Assembly: GCA_040380025.1 (NCBI GenBank)
Contig: JBEIJY010000001.1
Coordinates: 1 to 64,000, forward strand
Source of the DNA: Bdellovibrionales bacterium
Lineage (GTDB): Bacteria; Bdellovibrionota; UBA1018; CAIMNF01
DNA: 64,000 nt
Direction: 5' to 3'
Notes under the pieces: model-generated
Databases searched by the model: none
What the model saw: the letters and a program-made list of their open reading frames with translations, nothing else
What the model was told of the DNA's origin: nothing
Part shown: in pieces, positions 1 through 9,691 of the stretch
Layout: each line of letters opens with the position of its first letter
Position numbering within the stretch: position 1 is the stretch's first letter
Translations under genes and position numbers: made by a program

Positions 1-3000
1 CCGCCGGAGCCTCCCTCTCGACCCAGCCCGTGGTGACCGTGCAAGATGCAGAAGGGAACACCGTCACAGGGTCTTCTGCAAGCATCGCCCTTTCGGCGTT
101 CTCGGATGCTTCGTGTACCACCGCGATCGCAACGACTCCGAACGCATCGAATACTTTGAGTGGAACGACCACGAGGAACGCAAGCTCAGGTGTGGCAACC
201 TTTACCGGAATCTCGGCGAATCGCGCAGGAACCGTATACCTGAAAGCCGAGGCTTCGGGCCTTGCGATCGACTGTTCGAGCGCGATCTCGGTAACACCCG
301 GAGCCTATGCCTTAAGCGACAGCGAGGTCACGCTTTCTTCGAGCACGGTGAACTCGGGATCCTCCGTCACTGCGACTCTCACGACCAAGGATGCCTACGG
401 AAACGCAAACCCCTCCGGACTCCCCGCCTTGGGCTCGATCGCTTTCACCTCGAGCATTGTGGGTGGAACCGGCTCTTTTGGCGCGGTCTCGGCGGCGGGA
501 TCAGGTGTCTACACCGTGGACTTCACCGGAGTGCTCGCAGGAGCGGTCACGATCGGTGCAAGGTTTCTTCGAGTGCAGTTGCGACGAGCGCGAATCTCAC
601 CGTGAACCCGGGTACCGCGACCAAGCTCGCCTTCACCACCCAGCCTTCGGGCTCGAACACGGCCGGATCCGCCTTCGCGAGCCAGCCCGTGGTGACGGTG
701 CAAGATGCAGAAGGGAACACCGTGACCAGTTCCGGTGCGGCTGTGACCATTGCCATCGGCACGAATGCAGGCTCGGGCGCGCTTTCAGGCACTGCCACTG
801 TGAATGCAGTGAATGGTATCGCGACTTTCTCGGGGCTTTCGATCAATAAAACCGGCACTGGTTACACGCTCACGACCTCGAGCGCGGGACTCACCGATGA
901 CACGGGTTCGGCATTCGATGTGATTCCGGGCACTGCCACTACCCTAGCAATCACTACCCAGCCGTCGGGCTCGAACACTGCCGGTTCTGCTTTTGGTACC
1001 CAGCCTGTGATCACGGTGCGGGATGCACAAGGAAACACCGTTACCGGATCCTCTGCCCCTGTGACACTTACAATCGACACGAACCCAGGCTCTGGAACCC
1101 TCTCGGGCACTGTGACCGTGAACGCAGTGAACGGCGTCGCCACCTTTTCTGGCCTTTCGATCAACAAAACAGGCACAGGCTATACACTGAGTGCCTCAAG
1201 CGCGGGACTCACGGACGATACGAGCACGGCCTTTGATGTGGTTCCCGGTGCGGCGGCTTCTCTTGCCTTTACGACCGAACCCGCGAGCTCTGCCACTGCT
1301 GGAGCATCCCTCTCGACCCAGCCCGTGGTCGCCGTTCAAGACGCCCAAGGGAATATCGTCATGGGCTCTTCCGCAAGCATTGCCCTTTCGGCCTTCTCGG
1401 ATGCTTCGTGTACCACTGCGATTGCGACCACTCCGAATGGTTCGAACACCTTGAGCGGATCCCTAACCGTGAGCGCGTCTTCAGGTGTGGCAACCTTTAC
1501 CGGAATCTCGGCGAATCGCGCAGGATCGGTATACCTGAAAGCTGAAACTGCTGGTCTTGCGACCGACTGTTCGACCGGAATCACGGTCTCTCCGGGTGCC
1601 TATGCCTTAAGCGATAGCGCGGTCACGCTCTCTTCGAGCACGGTGAACTCGGGATCCTCCGTCACTGCGACACTCACCACCAAGGACGCCTACGGGAATT
1701 CGAATCCATCCGGACTCCCCGCCTTGGGTTCGATCGCGTTCACCTCGAGCAGTGTGGGCGGAACCGGCACCTTTGGCGCGGTCTCGGCGGCAGGTTCTGC
1801 CGTGTACACTGCCTCGTTCACGGGAGCCGTCGCAGGAGCGGTCACGATCGGTGCCACGATTTCTTCGAGTGCAGTTGCGACGAGTGCGAATTTGACTGTG
1901 AACCCGGGTACCGCGACTAAACTTGCCTTCACCACCCAGCCTTCGGGCTCGAACACGGCAGGAGCGGCTTTCGCTACCCAGCCGGTGGTGACGGTGCAAG
2001 ATGCCGAAGGGAACACCGTCACGAGTTCGACCGCCTCTGTGACCATCGCCATCGGCACGAATGTGGGCTCGGGCACACTCTCGGGTACTGCGACTGTGAA
2101 TGCAGTGAACGGTATCGCGACCTTCTCGGGTCTTTCGATCAATAAAACCGGAACTGGCTACACCCTCGCCGCAACAAGCTCGGGGCTCACTGGCGCCACG
2201 AGCTCTTCGTTTGATGTGATTCCTGGCTCTGCTACGACCCTTGCAATCACGACTGAGCCCTCGAGCACGAATACAGCAGGAACGGCTTTCGCCACTCAGC
2301 CGGTGGTCACGGTATTGGATGCCGATGGAAACACCGTCACCGGCTCCACTGCTTCGATCACTCTGGCCATCGGTACGAACCCGGGATCGGGCACCCTCTC
2401 GGGCACCGCCACTGTGAATGCAGTAAACGGCGTTGCGACCTTCTCGGGCCTTTCGATCAATAAATCGGGAACCGGCTACACGCTCGCCGCCACAAGCTCA
2501 GGGCTCACCGGTGCAACCAGCTCCACCTTCACCATCCAAGCCGGCGCGGCTTCGACGCTTGCCTTCACGACCGAGCCGGGAAGCAATGCCACCGCCGGAG
2601 CCTCCCTCTCGACCCAGCCGGTGGTGACCGTGCAAGACGCCCAAGGGAACACCATCACCGGGTCCACCGCAAGCATTGCCCTTTCAGCGTTCTCGGACTC
2701 CTCTTGTTCGACTGCAATCGCTACGACTCCGGATGGATCGAGCACTTTGGAAGGATCCATCACCTTGAGCGCCTCATCCGGCGTGGCGAGCTTCTCGGGT
2801 GTTACTGCGAATCGAGCGGGATCCGTATACCTGAAGGCATCGACCGCGGGCCTTGCCACAGACTGCTCGACTGTGGTCACAGTGGCTCCGGGTGCCTATG
2901 CCCTGAGCGACAGCGCGGTCACGCTTTCTTCGAGCACGGTGAACTCGGGATCCTCCGTCACTGCGACACTCACCACCAAGGACGCCTACGGGAATTTGAA

Positions 3001-5785
3001 TCCATCCGGCCTCCCCGCCTTGGGCTCGATTGCCTTCACCTCGAGCATTGTGGGTGGAACCGGCACTTTTGGCGCGGTCTCGACAGCAGGTTCTGGCGTA
3101 TATACTGCCTCGTTCACGGGAGCAGTCGCAGGAGCGGTCACGATCGGTGCCACGATTTCTTCGAGTGCAGTTGCGACGAGTGCGAATCTCACCGTGAACC
3201 CGGGTGCAGCGACCAAACTCGCGTTCACGACCGAAGTTTCGGGCTCGAACACGGCCGGAGCGGCTTTCGCTACCCAGCCGGTGGTAACGGTACAGGATGC
3301 CGAAGGAAACACCGTCACGAGTTCCACCGCCTCTGTGACCATCGCCATTGGCACGAATGCAGGATCAGGCACACTCTCCGGCACCGCCACTGTGAGCGCA
3401 GTGAACGGGGTCGCGACCTTCTCGGGCCTTTCGATCAATAAAACTGGCACCGGCTACACCCTCAGTGCTTCGAGTGCGGGCCTCTCGGGCGCCACCAGCT
3501 CGAGCTTCACGATCGATCCGGGCGAGGCATCGGTCTTGGTCTTCACGACCCAGCCCTCGAGCCCGAACACGGCGGCGACCGCATTTGGAACCCAGCCTGT
3601 GGTCACAATACAAGACGCGCAAGGAAACACCGTCACGAGTTCCACCGCTTCGATCACCCTTGCCATCGGTACAAACCCGGGCTCGGGCAGCCTCTCGGGC
3701 ACAGTCACCAGAAGCGCGGTAAGCGGAATCGCGACCTTCACGGGGCTCTCGATCAATAATGCGGGAACGGGCTATACCCTCACCGCTTCAAGTTCTGGCC
3801 TCACAGGCGCAACAAGCTCGAGCTTCAATGTCACCTCGACCGCTGCCGCAAGTCTTGCCTTCACCACTCAGCCCGCAGGCGCAGTCGCGGGATCGGCCTT
3901 CACCACTCAGCCGGTGGTCTACATTCGCGATTCCTCGGGGAATACGGTGACCTCCGGGCCGGATGCGACCGCGACCCTTACCCTTTCGATCACCTCGGGA
4001 ACGGGAACCCTCTCGGGAACCACCTCGGTCGCGGCCGTCGGCGGAGTCGCGAGCTGGTCGGGACTTTCGATCAATACCATTGGCTCAAAAACACTCCAAG
4101 TTTCCAAATCCGATCTTACTTCTTCGGGCGGTGGCGGCGCTCTCACTGCGAATTCCAATTCCTTTTATAACGAAGTCACGGCCACCTTCACCGGCTGGAC
4201 CGGAATCAAAGCGATGGGTGCCCGAACTCCGGCGGCTGGAGCGACCGATCTCAGCTCTGCCGTGGCTTCAGTGACTCTCACGTGGAGCGCGGTCACGCTC
4301 TCTCCGACCGATACCATTTCGAGTTATAACATCTACCGATCCACGAGTTCGGGAGGTCAGAATTATGCCTCTCCCCTTGCCACCGGGATCAGCGCAAGCA
4401 CAAGGACCTACACCGACTCGACCGTTACGGGAGGAACCACCTACTATTACACCATTGCGCCGGTCGTAAGCGGTTCTGGCTCGGCCGTCGAGGTGCAAAG
4501 TGCAAACGACAAAGAGATCAAGATCATCGTGCCGCCCGCGAACATGGCGCTCGTGCACCGTTGGGCCGCGAATCGCGAGATGTGCGAGGAGCTCATGGGC
4601 AAGACCTCTGATCGCACCAGCAACTATCGCTGTTCGGTTGCGACCGGGGCCAATGCACCTCCGGGAACGGGCAACACTGGCTTCTTTGATTTGGGCTATT
4701 CGTTGTTTGTCGATGCCTACGGAGAAGGTTGCAACTACACCGCCACCAACACCTGTACCGATTCGACCGTGAACAGCGGCGCCGCAAGCGCGTGCATCGG
4801 CATCCGCACCACCCCTGTCGGAAACGTCACCGCCCCCGCCGGCTCGATTTACTACAGCCGCCAGAATGCCAAATGTTACGTCAACACCAGCGCGACCAGC
4901 GGGACATCTTGGACCGAGGCCGGAAACACCACCACCGCAAACCGTAAAACCATGGGTTCGGCTTCGCCGGGACTTCCGCCGATGGTGTGGGTGGGCTCGG
5001 GAGATGGCAACGAAGTCTGCAGCGGCCAGACCGTGAGCGGATTCTCCGGCACGAAGCGCATTCCGCGCCGAAAAGAACAGATTTTGTTCTCGGCCTGGGA
5101 CTCAAGCTTGACCCATGCAACCATCGCAAGCACCGAGAACTCCACCACCAGCCTGCTCACCACAAACGGTTGCAACACGAACTCCGCAAGCGGGCTCACC
5201 TTCGACAACAACGTCACTCCCACCAGCCTCGACACCCTCCCCGTATGCCTGAACCTCGACTGCTCCTCGAGCGCATCCACACTGAAACAACTGCGAATCG
5301 GCAGTACCGCCACCAGCGGATGCGTCTCGCGCTATGGCGTACAGGACATCGTCGGAAACGTCATGCAGTGGGTCTCGGACCAAGTGACCTGTACTAGCTT
5401 GCCTTGCACGGGCCGGACCTCGACCACCGATACCACGAACGATGACCTGACCGGGGTTCTGTTTGACGGAACCCAAGGACCGAACACCTCGAACCTCCTT
5501 TTTTCGACGAACGGAAGAATCCAGTTCCCGCTCGGAATCCCGATCATCAGCGCAAGTTTCGCCGGCGATGGAGTTGTGACTTGGAGCGGAAGCGGTACTG
5601 CAAATGAGTTTCATGGCGACCGGTTTTACATCACCAGCTCCTCCACCCGAGGCATGGTCACCGCCGGTTATGCCTCAGGAACCTATTCCGGCACCAATGC
5701 CGGGCGATACATGATCAACATGGTTTGGGCGGACTCCTACTCCGCTTCCTCGGTCGGCTTCCGGTGCGTCCTACAAGCGGACTGA
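1..5785 (+). CDS. Giant Ser/Thr/Ala/Gly-rich surface adhesin-like protein with tandem Ig-like repeats, an FN3-like domain and a C-terminal FGE-sulfatase/C-type-lectin-like domain; 5' end outside the window; 1-nt frameshift near 560
   Basis: ORF 30..605 and ORF 113..5785 join into one repeat protein. Recurrent LAFTTQPS...VTVQDAEGN...GVATFSGLSINK modules. C-terminal CVSRYGVQDIVGNVMQWVSD...VGFRCV motif. Confidence 0.8.
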   Translation, partial: RRSLPLDPARGDRARCRREHRHRVFCKHRPFGVLGCFVYHRDRNDSERIEYFEWNDHEERKLRCGNLYRNLGESRRNRIPESRGFGPCDRLFERDLGNTRSLCLKRQRGHAFFEHGELGILRHCDSHDQGCLRKRKPLRTPRLGLDRFHLEHCGWNRLFWRGLGGGIRCLHRGLHRSARRSGHDRCKVSSSAVATSANLTVNPGTATKLAFTTQPSGSNTAGSAFASQPVVTVQDAEGNTVTSSGAAVTIAIGTNAGSGALSGTATVNAVNGIATFSGLSINKTGTGYTLTTSSAGLTDDTGSAFDVIPGTATTLAITTQPSGSNTAGSAFGTQPVITVRDAQGNTVTGSSAPVTLTIDTNPGSGTLSGTVTVNAVNGVATFSGLSINKTGTGYTLSASSAGLTDDTSTAFDVVPGAAASLAFTTEPASSATAGASLSTQPVVAVQDAQGNIVMGSSASIALSAFSDASCTTAIATTPNGSNTLSGSLTVSASSGVATFTGISANRAGSVYLKAETAGLATDCSTGITVSPGAYALSDSAVTLSSSTVNSGSSVTATLTTKDAYGNSNPSGLPALGSIAFTSSSVGGTGTFGAVSAAGSAVYTASFTGAVAGAVTIGATISSSAVATSANLTVNPGTATKLAFTTQPSGSNTAGAAFATQPVVTVQDAEGNTVTSSTASVTIAIGTNVGSGTLSGTATVNAVNGIATFSGLSINKTGTGYTLAATSSGLTGATSSSFDVIPGSATTLAITTEPSSTNTAGTAFATQPVVTVLDADGNTVTGSTASITLAIGTNPGSGTLSGTATVNAVNGVATFSGLSINKSGTGYTLAATSSGLTGATSSTFTIQAGAASTLAFTTEPGSNATAGASLSTQPVVTVQDAQGNTITGSTASIALSAFSDSSCSTAIATTPDGSSTLEGSITLSASSGVASFSGVTANRAGSVYLKASTAGLATDCSTVVTVAPGAYALSDSAVTLSSSTVNSGSSVTATLTTKDAYGNLNPSGLPALGSIAFTSSIVGGTGTFGAVSTAGSGVYTASFTGAVAGAVTIGATISSSAVATSANLTVNPGAATKLAFTTEVSGSNTAGAAFATQPVVTVQDAEGNTVTSSTASVTIAIGTNAGSGTLSGTATVSAVNGVATFSGLSINKTGTGYTLSASSAGLSGATSSSFTIDPGEASVLVFTTQPSSPNTAATAFGTQPVVTIQDAQGNTVTSSTASITLAIGTNPGSGSLSGTVTRSAVSGIATFTGLSINNAGTGYTLTASSSGLTGATSSSFNVTSTAAASLAFTTQPAGAVAGSAFTTQPVVYIRDSSGNTVTSGPDATATLTLSITSGTGTLSGTTSVAAVGGVASWSGLSINTIGSKTLQVSKSDLTSSGGGGALTANSNSFYNEVTATFTGWTGIKAMGARTPAAGATDLSSAVASVTLTWSAVTLSPTDTISSYNIYRSTSSGGQNYASPLATGISASTRTYTDSTVTGGTTYYYTIAPVVSGSGSAVEVQSANDKEIKIIVPPANMALVHRWAANREMCEELMGKTSDRTSNYRCSVATGANAPPGTGNTGFFDLGYSLFVDAYGEGCNYTATNTCTDSTVNSGAASACIGIRTTPVGNVTAPAGSIYYSRQNAKCYVNTSATSGTSWTEAGNTTTANRKTMGSASPGLPPMVWVGSGDGNEVCSGQTVSGFSGTKRIPRRKEQILFSAWDSSLTHATIASTENSTTSLLTTNGCNTNSASGLTFDNNVTPTSLDTLPVCLNLDCSSSASTLKQLRIGSTATSGCVSRYGVQDIVGNVMQWVSDQVTCTSLPCTGRTSTTDTTNDDLTGVLFDGTQGPNTSNLLFSTNGRIQFPLGIPIISASFAGDGVVTWSGSGTANEFHGDRFYITSSSTRGMVTAGYASGTYSGTNAGRYMINMVWADSYSASSVGFRCVLQAD
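341..3800 (+). repeat. Tandem super-repeat of 1296 nt (432 aa, four Ig-like modules) within the adhesin
   Basis: GAGCACGGTGAACTCGGGATCCTCCGTC begins at 341, 1636 and 2932 (spacings 1295 and 1296). Confidence 0.9.
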
Positions 5786-5837
5786 GTGTGAACCGGCTCT
5801 TTACCTTCGATCCCGAACAGGGTACTCCTCGATCATC

Positions 5838-6527
5838 ATGGAACATCTGATTCCCGACGCGTGGAGCACACTCCTTGCTCCCGCAATCCGTTCTGCGCGT
5901 TTTGATTCGCTTGAGCGTTTCCTGAAGGAAGAGCGGCAAAAAGGCCTGAGCGTCTTCCCCGAAGAGAGGAATATTTTTCGCGCGTTTGATGCAACCGATC
6001 CTGCGACGCTGAAGGTGGTGATTTTGGGCCAGGATCCCTATCACGGCGAGGGCGAGGCCACCGGGCTCTCGTTTGCCGTTCCGAATTCGCTCAAGAAAAA
6101 ACCCCCGAGCCTTCGAAACATCCTGACCGAGCTTGCGACCGACCTTGGCACCCCGCCGCCCGAGGCCCAGTCCGATCTGAGCGGATGGGCCGATCAGGGG
6201 GTGCTTCTTTTGAACACGATCCTCACGGTTCGGGCGAATGAGCCGCTCTCTCATCGCAAAAAAGGCTGGGAGGAGTTCACCGACTCGGCCATTTCGAGCC
6301 TGAACGAGCTGGATGAACCGCTCATTTTTGTGCTTTGGGGGGCACACGCCCAAAGCAAAAAAAGCCTGCTCCAGAACCCGAAGCACAAAATCATCGAGTC
6401 CCCGCACCCCTCGCCACTCTCGGCGTATCGCGGGTTTTTCGGATCAAGGGTGTTCTCAAAAATCAACGCCGAGCTATACTTGGCGGGAAAACCCCCGATC
6501 GACTGGCTCCGGATCAGTTGCGATTAA
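5838..6527 (+). CDS. ung: Uracil-DNA glycosylase (family 1)
   Basis: GQDPYH, GVLLLN and HPSPLS motifs. Confidence 0.97.
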   Translation: MEHLIPDAWSTLLAPAIRSARFDSLERFLKEERQKGLSVFPEERNIFRAFDATDPATLKVVILGQDPYHGEGEATGLSFAVPNSLKKKPPSLRNILTELATDLGTPPPEAQSDLSGWADQGVLLLNTILTVRANEPLSHRKKGWEEFTDSAISSLNELDEPLIFVLWGAHAQSKKSLLQNPKHKIIESPHPSPLSAYRGFFGSRVFSKINAELYLAGKPPIDWLRISCD

Positions 6528-7933
6528 AGGGCTTTGATCTCGTTCACGAGCTTTTGCAAGCTGTCTTTCGCATCTCCGAAGAGCATGCCGCACTTCGGGT
6601 TGAAGAACAGCTCGTTGTCGATTCCCGCATAACCGGCCTTCATGCTTCGCTTCAAAACGACGATCTGCTTTGATTGATCCACATCGAGAATCGGCATTCC
6701 GAAAATAGGACTCGCGGGATCGGTCTTCGCGGCCGGATTCACCACGTCATTCGCGCCCACGACCAGAACCGTATCGGTCGTGCTGAACTCGGGGTTGATG
6801 TGTTCCATCTCGACCAGCTTGTCATAGCTCACATTGCTTTCGGCAAGGAGCACGTTCATGTGCCCGGGCATCCGGCCCGCAACGGGATGGATCGCGTATT
6901 TCACGCTCACGCCCTCGGACTCGAGCACCGATTCGAGCTCATGACAAATGTGCTGGGCCTGCGCAACCGCGAGCCCGTACCCGGGAACGATCACGACCTT
7001 CGAGGCGTACTTCATCATGATCGCGACGTCCGTCACCTGGACCTCACGCACGCTTCCGCCTTTTGACGAGCTCGACGCACCCGAAGCCCCCTGCCCCACC
7101 ATGCCGATCAGCACGTTCACCAAGGAGCGGTTCATCGCCTGACACATCACCACGGTCAGAATCGTACCGGCACTCCCGACCAGGACCCCGCCCATCAGCA
7201 TCACATTGTTGTGATACAAAAATCCGCCACAGGCCGCGGCAACGCCGGTAAAGGAGTTCAAAAGCGAGATCACGACCGGCATGTCCGCGCCGCCGATCGG
7301 GAACACAAACAAAAGCCCGTATGCGACCGATAACCCGATCACTCCGTAAAACCAGGGCGAGATTCCGCTTGCTCCGCCATCGAGCAAATTCAGGGTCGAA
7401 GCGGCGAGAATCGCTCCCACGAACAGAAGATTCAAAAACTGCTGGCCTTTGAAGTGAAAGTCCCCGAGCCGGCCGTTCAGCTTGCCCCATGCGACCATGC
7501 TTCCGACAAACGACACCGTACCGATGATGAGCCCGGCAATCACGGGAAGGTAGTGAAGAGTGGTGATCGTCGCCGCCTCCCCGCGCGTGATGATCTCGCG
7601 CCATTCGATGACCGAAATCAACGCCGCGCAAAGTCCGCCCATTCCATTGAAGAGCGAGACCATCTCGGGCATGGCCGTCATTTGCACGCGCTTTGCCATG
7701 ATGAACCCCACCACGGTTCCCGCGAGAATCGCGCTCAAAATCCATTCGAGATGGGGAATCACCCGAAAGCCTTCGGGACCCAAAAACAAGGTCCCGACCA
7801 CCGCGACCGTCATTCCGAAGGCCGCGACTGCGTTTCCTTTTCGGGCCGAATCGGGACGGCCCATCATTTTCAGGCCCAGAACGAACGAAATCGAACCGAT
7901 CAGATAGGCGATCTCACGAAGGTGGTTCATCAC
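6524..7933 (-). CDS. pntB: NAD(P) transhydrogenase subunit beta
   Basis: TAMPEMVSLFNGMGG, GGADMPVVISLLNS, HPVAGRMPGHMNVLLAE and GANDVVNPAA motifs. Confidence 0.97.
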   Translation of the reverse strand: MMNHLREIAYLIGSISFVLGLKMMGRPDSARKGNAVAAFGMTVAVVGTLFLGPEGFRVIPHLEWILSAILAGTVVGFIMAKRVQMTAMPEMVSLFNGMGGLCAALISVIEWREIITRGEAATITTLHYLPVIAGLIIGTVSFVGSMVAWGKLNGRLGDFHFKGQQFLNLLFVGAILAASTLNLLDGGASGISPWFYGVIGLSVAYGLLFVFPIGGADMPVVISLLNSFTGVAAACGGFLYHNNVMLMGGVLVGSAGTILTVVMCQAMNRSLVNVLIGMVGQGASGASSSSKGGSVREVQVTDVAIMMKYASKVVIVPGYGLAVAQAQHICHELESVLESEGVSVKYAIHPVAGRMPGHMNVLLAESNVSYDKLVEMEHINPEFSTTDTVLVVGANDVVNPAAKTDPASPIFGMPILDVDQSKQIVVLKRSMKAGYAGIDNELFFNPKCGMLFGDAKDSLQKLVNEIKAL

Positions 7934-8256
7934 TTCGCTCCTCCCTTGCCAGGTTTCTTCTTGAACATCTCGAGCATCCGGTCCGTCACGACGAATCCGC
8001 CGATCACGTTCAGGGTTCCGACCAGAACGCCGAGAGTTCCGAGTGCGAGGCTCGCATAATCGTCATCGTGCGCGTTTCCGAGCACGATGATCGCGCCGAT
8101 CAGCACCACGCCGTGGATCGCGTTCGCGCCGCTCATGAGAGGCGTGTGAAGCACGGCGGGAACGTGGGAGATGAGCTCGATCCCCACAAAGATCATGAGC
8201 ACCATCAGATAGATGAAGGTGATGTTTTCTCCGATAAAATTCAAAAATTCCGTCAT
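7930..8256 (-). CDS. pntA: NAD(P) transhydrogenase subunit alpha, part 2 (membrane)
   Basis: LHTPLMSGANAIHG and GGFVVTDRMLEMF motifs; overlaps the pntB start. Confidence 0.95.
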   Translation of the reverse strand: MTEFLNFIGENITFIYLMVLMIFVGIELISHVPAVLHTPLMSGANAIHGVVLIGAIIVLGNAHDDDYASLALGTLGVLVGTLNVIGGFVVTDRMLEMFKKKPGKGGAK

Positions 8257-8284
8257 ATCAGCCCCGTTTTTTTCAGTTTTTTCT

Positions 8285-9391
8285 TCAATTCGCGGAATGC
8301 CGGATCGCGCCTTGATGGCAGATCAAGCATCCGTCGATGATTTCGTCTTTCAGATCGCAAACCAGCTCGCCCTTCGGAGCGATCAGCTTGAAGAGTTCGA
8401 GAAGGTTCCGTGCAAAAAGCTCGCTTGCGTTCGATGCGACCCGCGAAGGCAGGTTCACCGCGCCGCAAATCCGAACACCGTTCACATCGATGACCTCTCC
8501 CGCTTTCGTGCGCGCGCAGTTCCCGCCCTGTTCGGCCGCCATGTCGACGATCACCGAGCCCCGCTTCATGAGTCCGAGCTGCTCGTCGTCGATCAGAATC
8601 GGGGCCTTTTTTCCGGGCACTTGCGCGGTGGTGATCACCAAATCGGCCGAGGCGAGCGACTTGTTCACGGCCGCTCTTTGAGCCGCGCGATATTCGGCGG
8701 TGGCTTCTTTGGCATATCCACCCTCGCTCCCGACGCTTGCGCCCGCGACTTCAATGAACTTCCCGCCCAGGCTCTGCACCTGCTCTTTGGTCTCGGGGCG
8801 CACATCGGTCGCCTCGACCATCGCACCCAGACGTTTTGCAGTGGCAATGGCCTGAAGCCCGGCGACTCCGGCCCCGAACACGAGTACCTTCGAAGGAGAC
8901 ACGGTTCCTGCGGCCGTCATAAGAAGAGGAAAAATCCGGTCCAATAAGGCCGCGCCTTCAATCACGGCGCGATACCCCGCAAGGTTCGCCTGCGAGCTCA
9001 AGACATCCATCGCCTGCGCCCGGGAGATCCTGGGAATCGCATCAAGCGAGAAAGCCGAGATTTTCTTCTGATTCAGGGCCTCGATCACGGCTTTCTCGGA
9101 GCGATGATACAAAAGCGAGATCCATGCGGAGTTCTCAGGAAGAGACCGGATGCGCTCCGCCGTCGGAAGGTGGATCTGCACGAAGACCGCTCCGGATCCG
9201 AGGAGGTCCGACTCCTGGCAGATTTTCGCTCCGACTTGTTGGTACGCGGAATCAGGCAGATTCGCCTTTTCTCCGGCGCCTCGTTCGACCAGAACCTCGT
9301 GCCCCATTTTGATCAGCTGCGCGCACGCCTGGGGAGTGACCGCAACCCGGGATTCATCCGAACGAAATTCCTTGAAAATTGCGATTTTCAT
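8285..9391 (-). CDS. pntA: NAD(P) transhydrogenase subunit alpha, part 1 (NAD-binding)
   Basis: PRISRAQAMDVLSSQANLAGYRAV and GAGVAGL motifs. Start set at MKIAIFKE after a GGAG SD; 9397 is an alternative start. Confidence 0.95.
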   Translation of the reverse strand: MKIAIFKEFRSDESRVAVTPQACAQLIKMGHEVLVERGAGEKANLPDSAYQQVGAKICQESDLLGSGAVFVQIHLPTAERIRSLPENSAWISLLYHRSEKAVIEALNQKKISAFSLDAIPRISRAQAMDVLSSQANLAGYRAVIEGAALLDRIFPLLMTAAGTVSPSKVLVFGAGVAGLQAIATAKRLGAMVEATDVRPETKEQVQSLGGKFIEVAGASVGSEGGYAKEATAEYRAAQRAAVNKSLASADLVITTAQVPGKKAPILIDDEQLGLMKRGSVIVDMAAEQGGNCARTKAGEVIDVNGVRICGAVNLPSRVASNASELFARNLLELFKLIAPKGELVCDLKDEIIDGCLICHQGAIRHSAN

Positions 9392-9413
9392 GACCATGTC
9401 TCCATAGTCAGAA

Positions 9414-9442
9414 ATGATACCCGAAGCGCGAGTCTTTGGAAA
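9414..9442 (-). promoter_or_regulatory. Putative sigma70 promoter for pntA
   Basis: Minus strand TTTCCA-17 nt-TATCAT just upstream of the SD. Confidence 0.45.
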
Positions 9443-9470
9443 AAAAAAAGCCCGGGCAACAGCCCGGGCT
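9440..9470 (-). terminator. Intrinsic terminator (minus strand)
   Basis: AGCCCGGGC-TGTT-GCCCGGGCT followed by a run of about 10 T. Confidence 0.9.
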
Positions 9471-9691
9471 CGGAAGCAGAAGCGCTCCCTGATTTGACAC
9501 AACCTGAAGATTCATTCCCGTTGTTCTACGATCGGTTGCTTTGATTACCCTCGGGACCTGCTCCGGTTTCTTCCTCCTGGCCGGGAGGAAGTCCGGAGTC
9601 CGTAAGGTGCGCCGACGTCGTGGCGCTTCGCCTTACGCCTGTTCTACCGTGGGGGCCCCGCTAAGTGGATCTGATGCTGGTCGTGCTTCAA
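9440..9691 (-). ncRNA. Candidate structured ncRNA (~250 nt), family unknown
   Basis: Extended -10 at 9697-9705. Closing stem 9679-9691/9494-9504. Inner helix 9654-9660/9552-9558. Hairpins 9601-9637 and 9561-9598. Terminator 9440-9470. Confidence 0.6.

Noticed and set aside
113..560. N-terminal ~150 aa of the 1890-aa ORF
   Set aside because: Off-frame translation upstream of the frameshift; the real protein is in the 30..605 frame here.
7930..9391. Split pntA as a pseudogene
   Set aside because: A two-part alpha subunit is a normal arrangement in many bacteria; both parts are intact.
9583..9598. GGGAGGAAGTCCGG resembling the RNase P P4 motif (GAGGAAAGUCC)
   Set aside because: One A short, lies within a hairpin arm, and no AGUGCAACAG or ACAGAA..CGGCUUA motifs follow.
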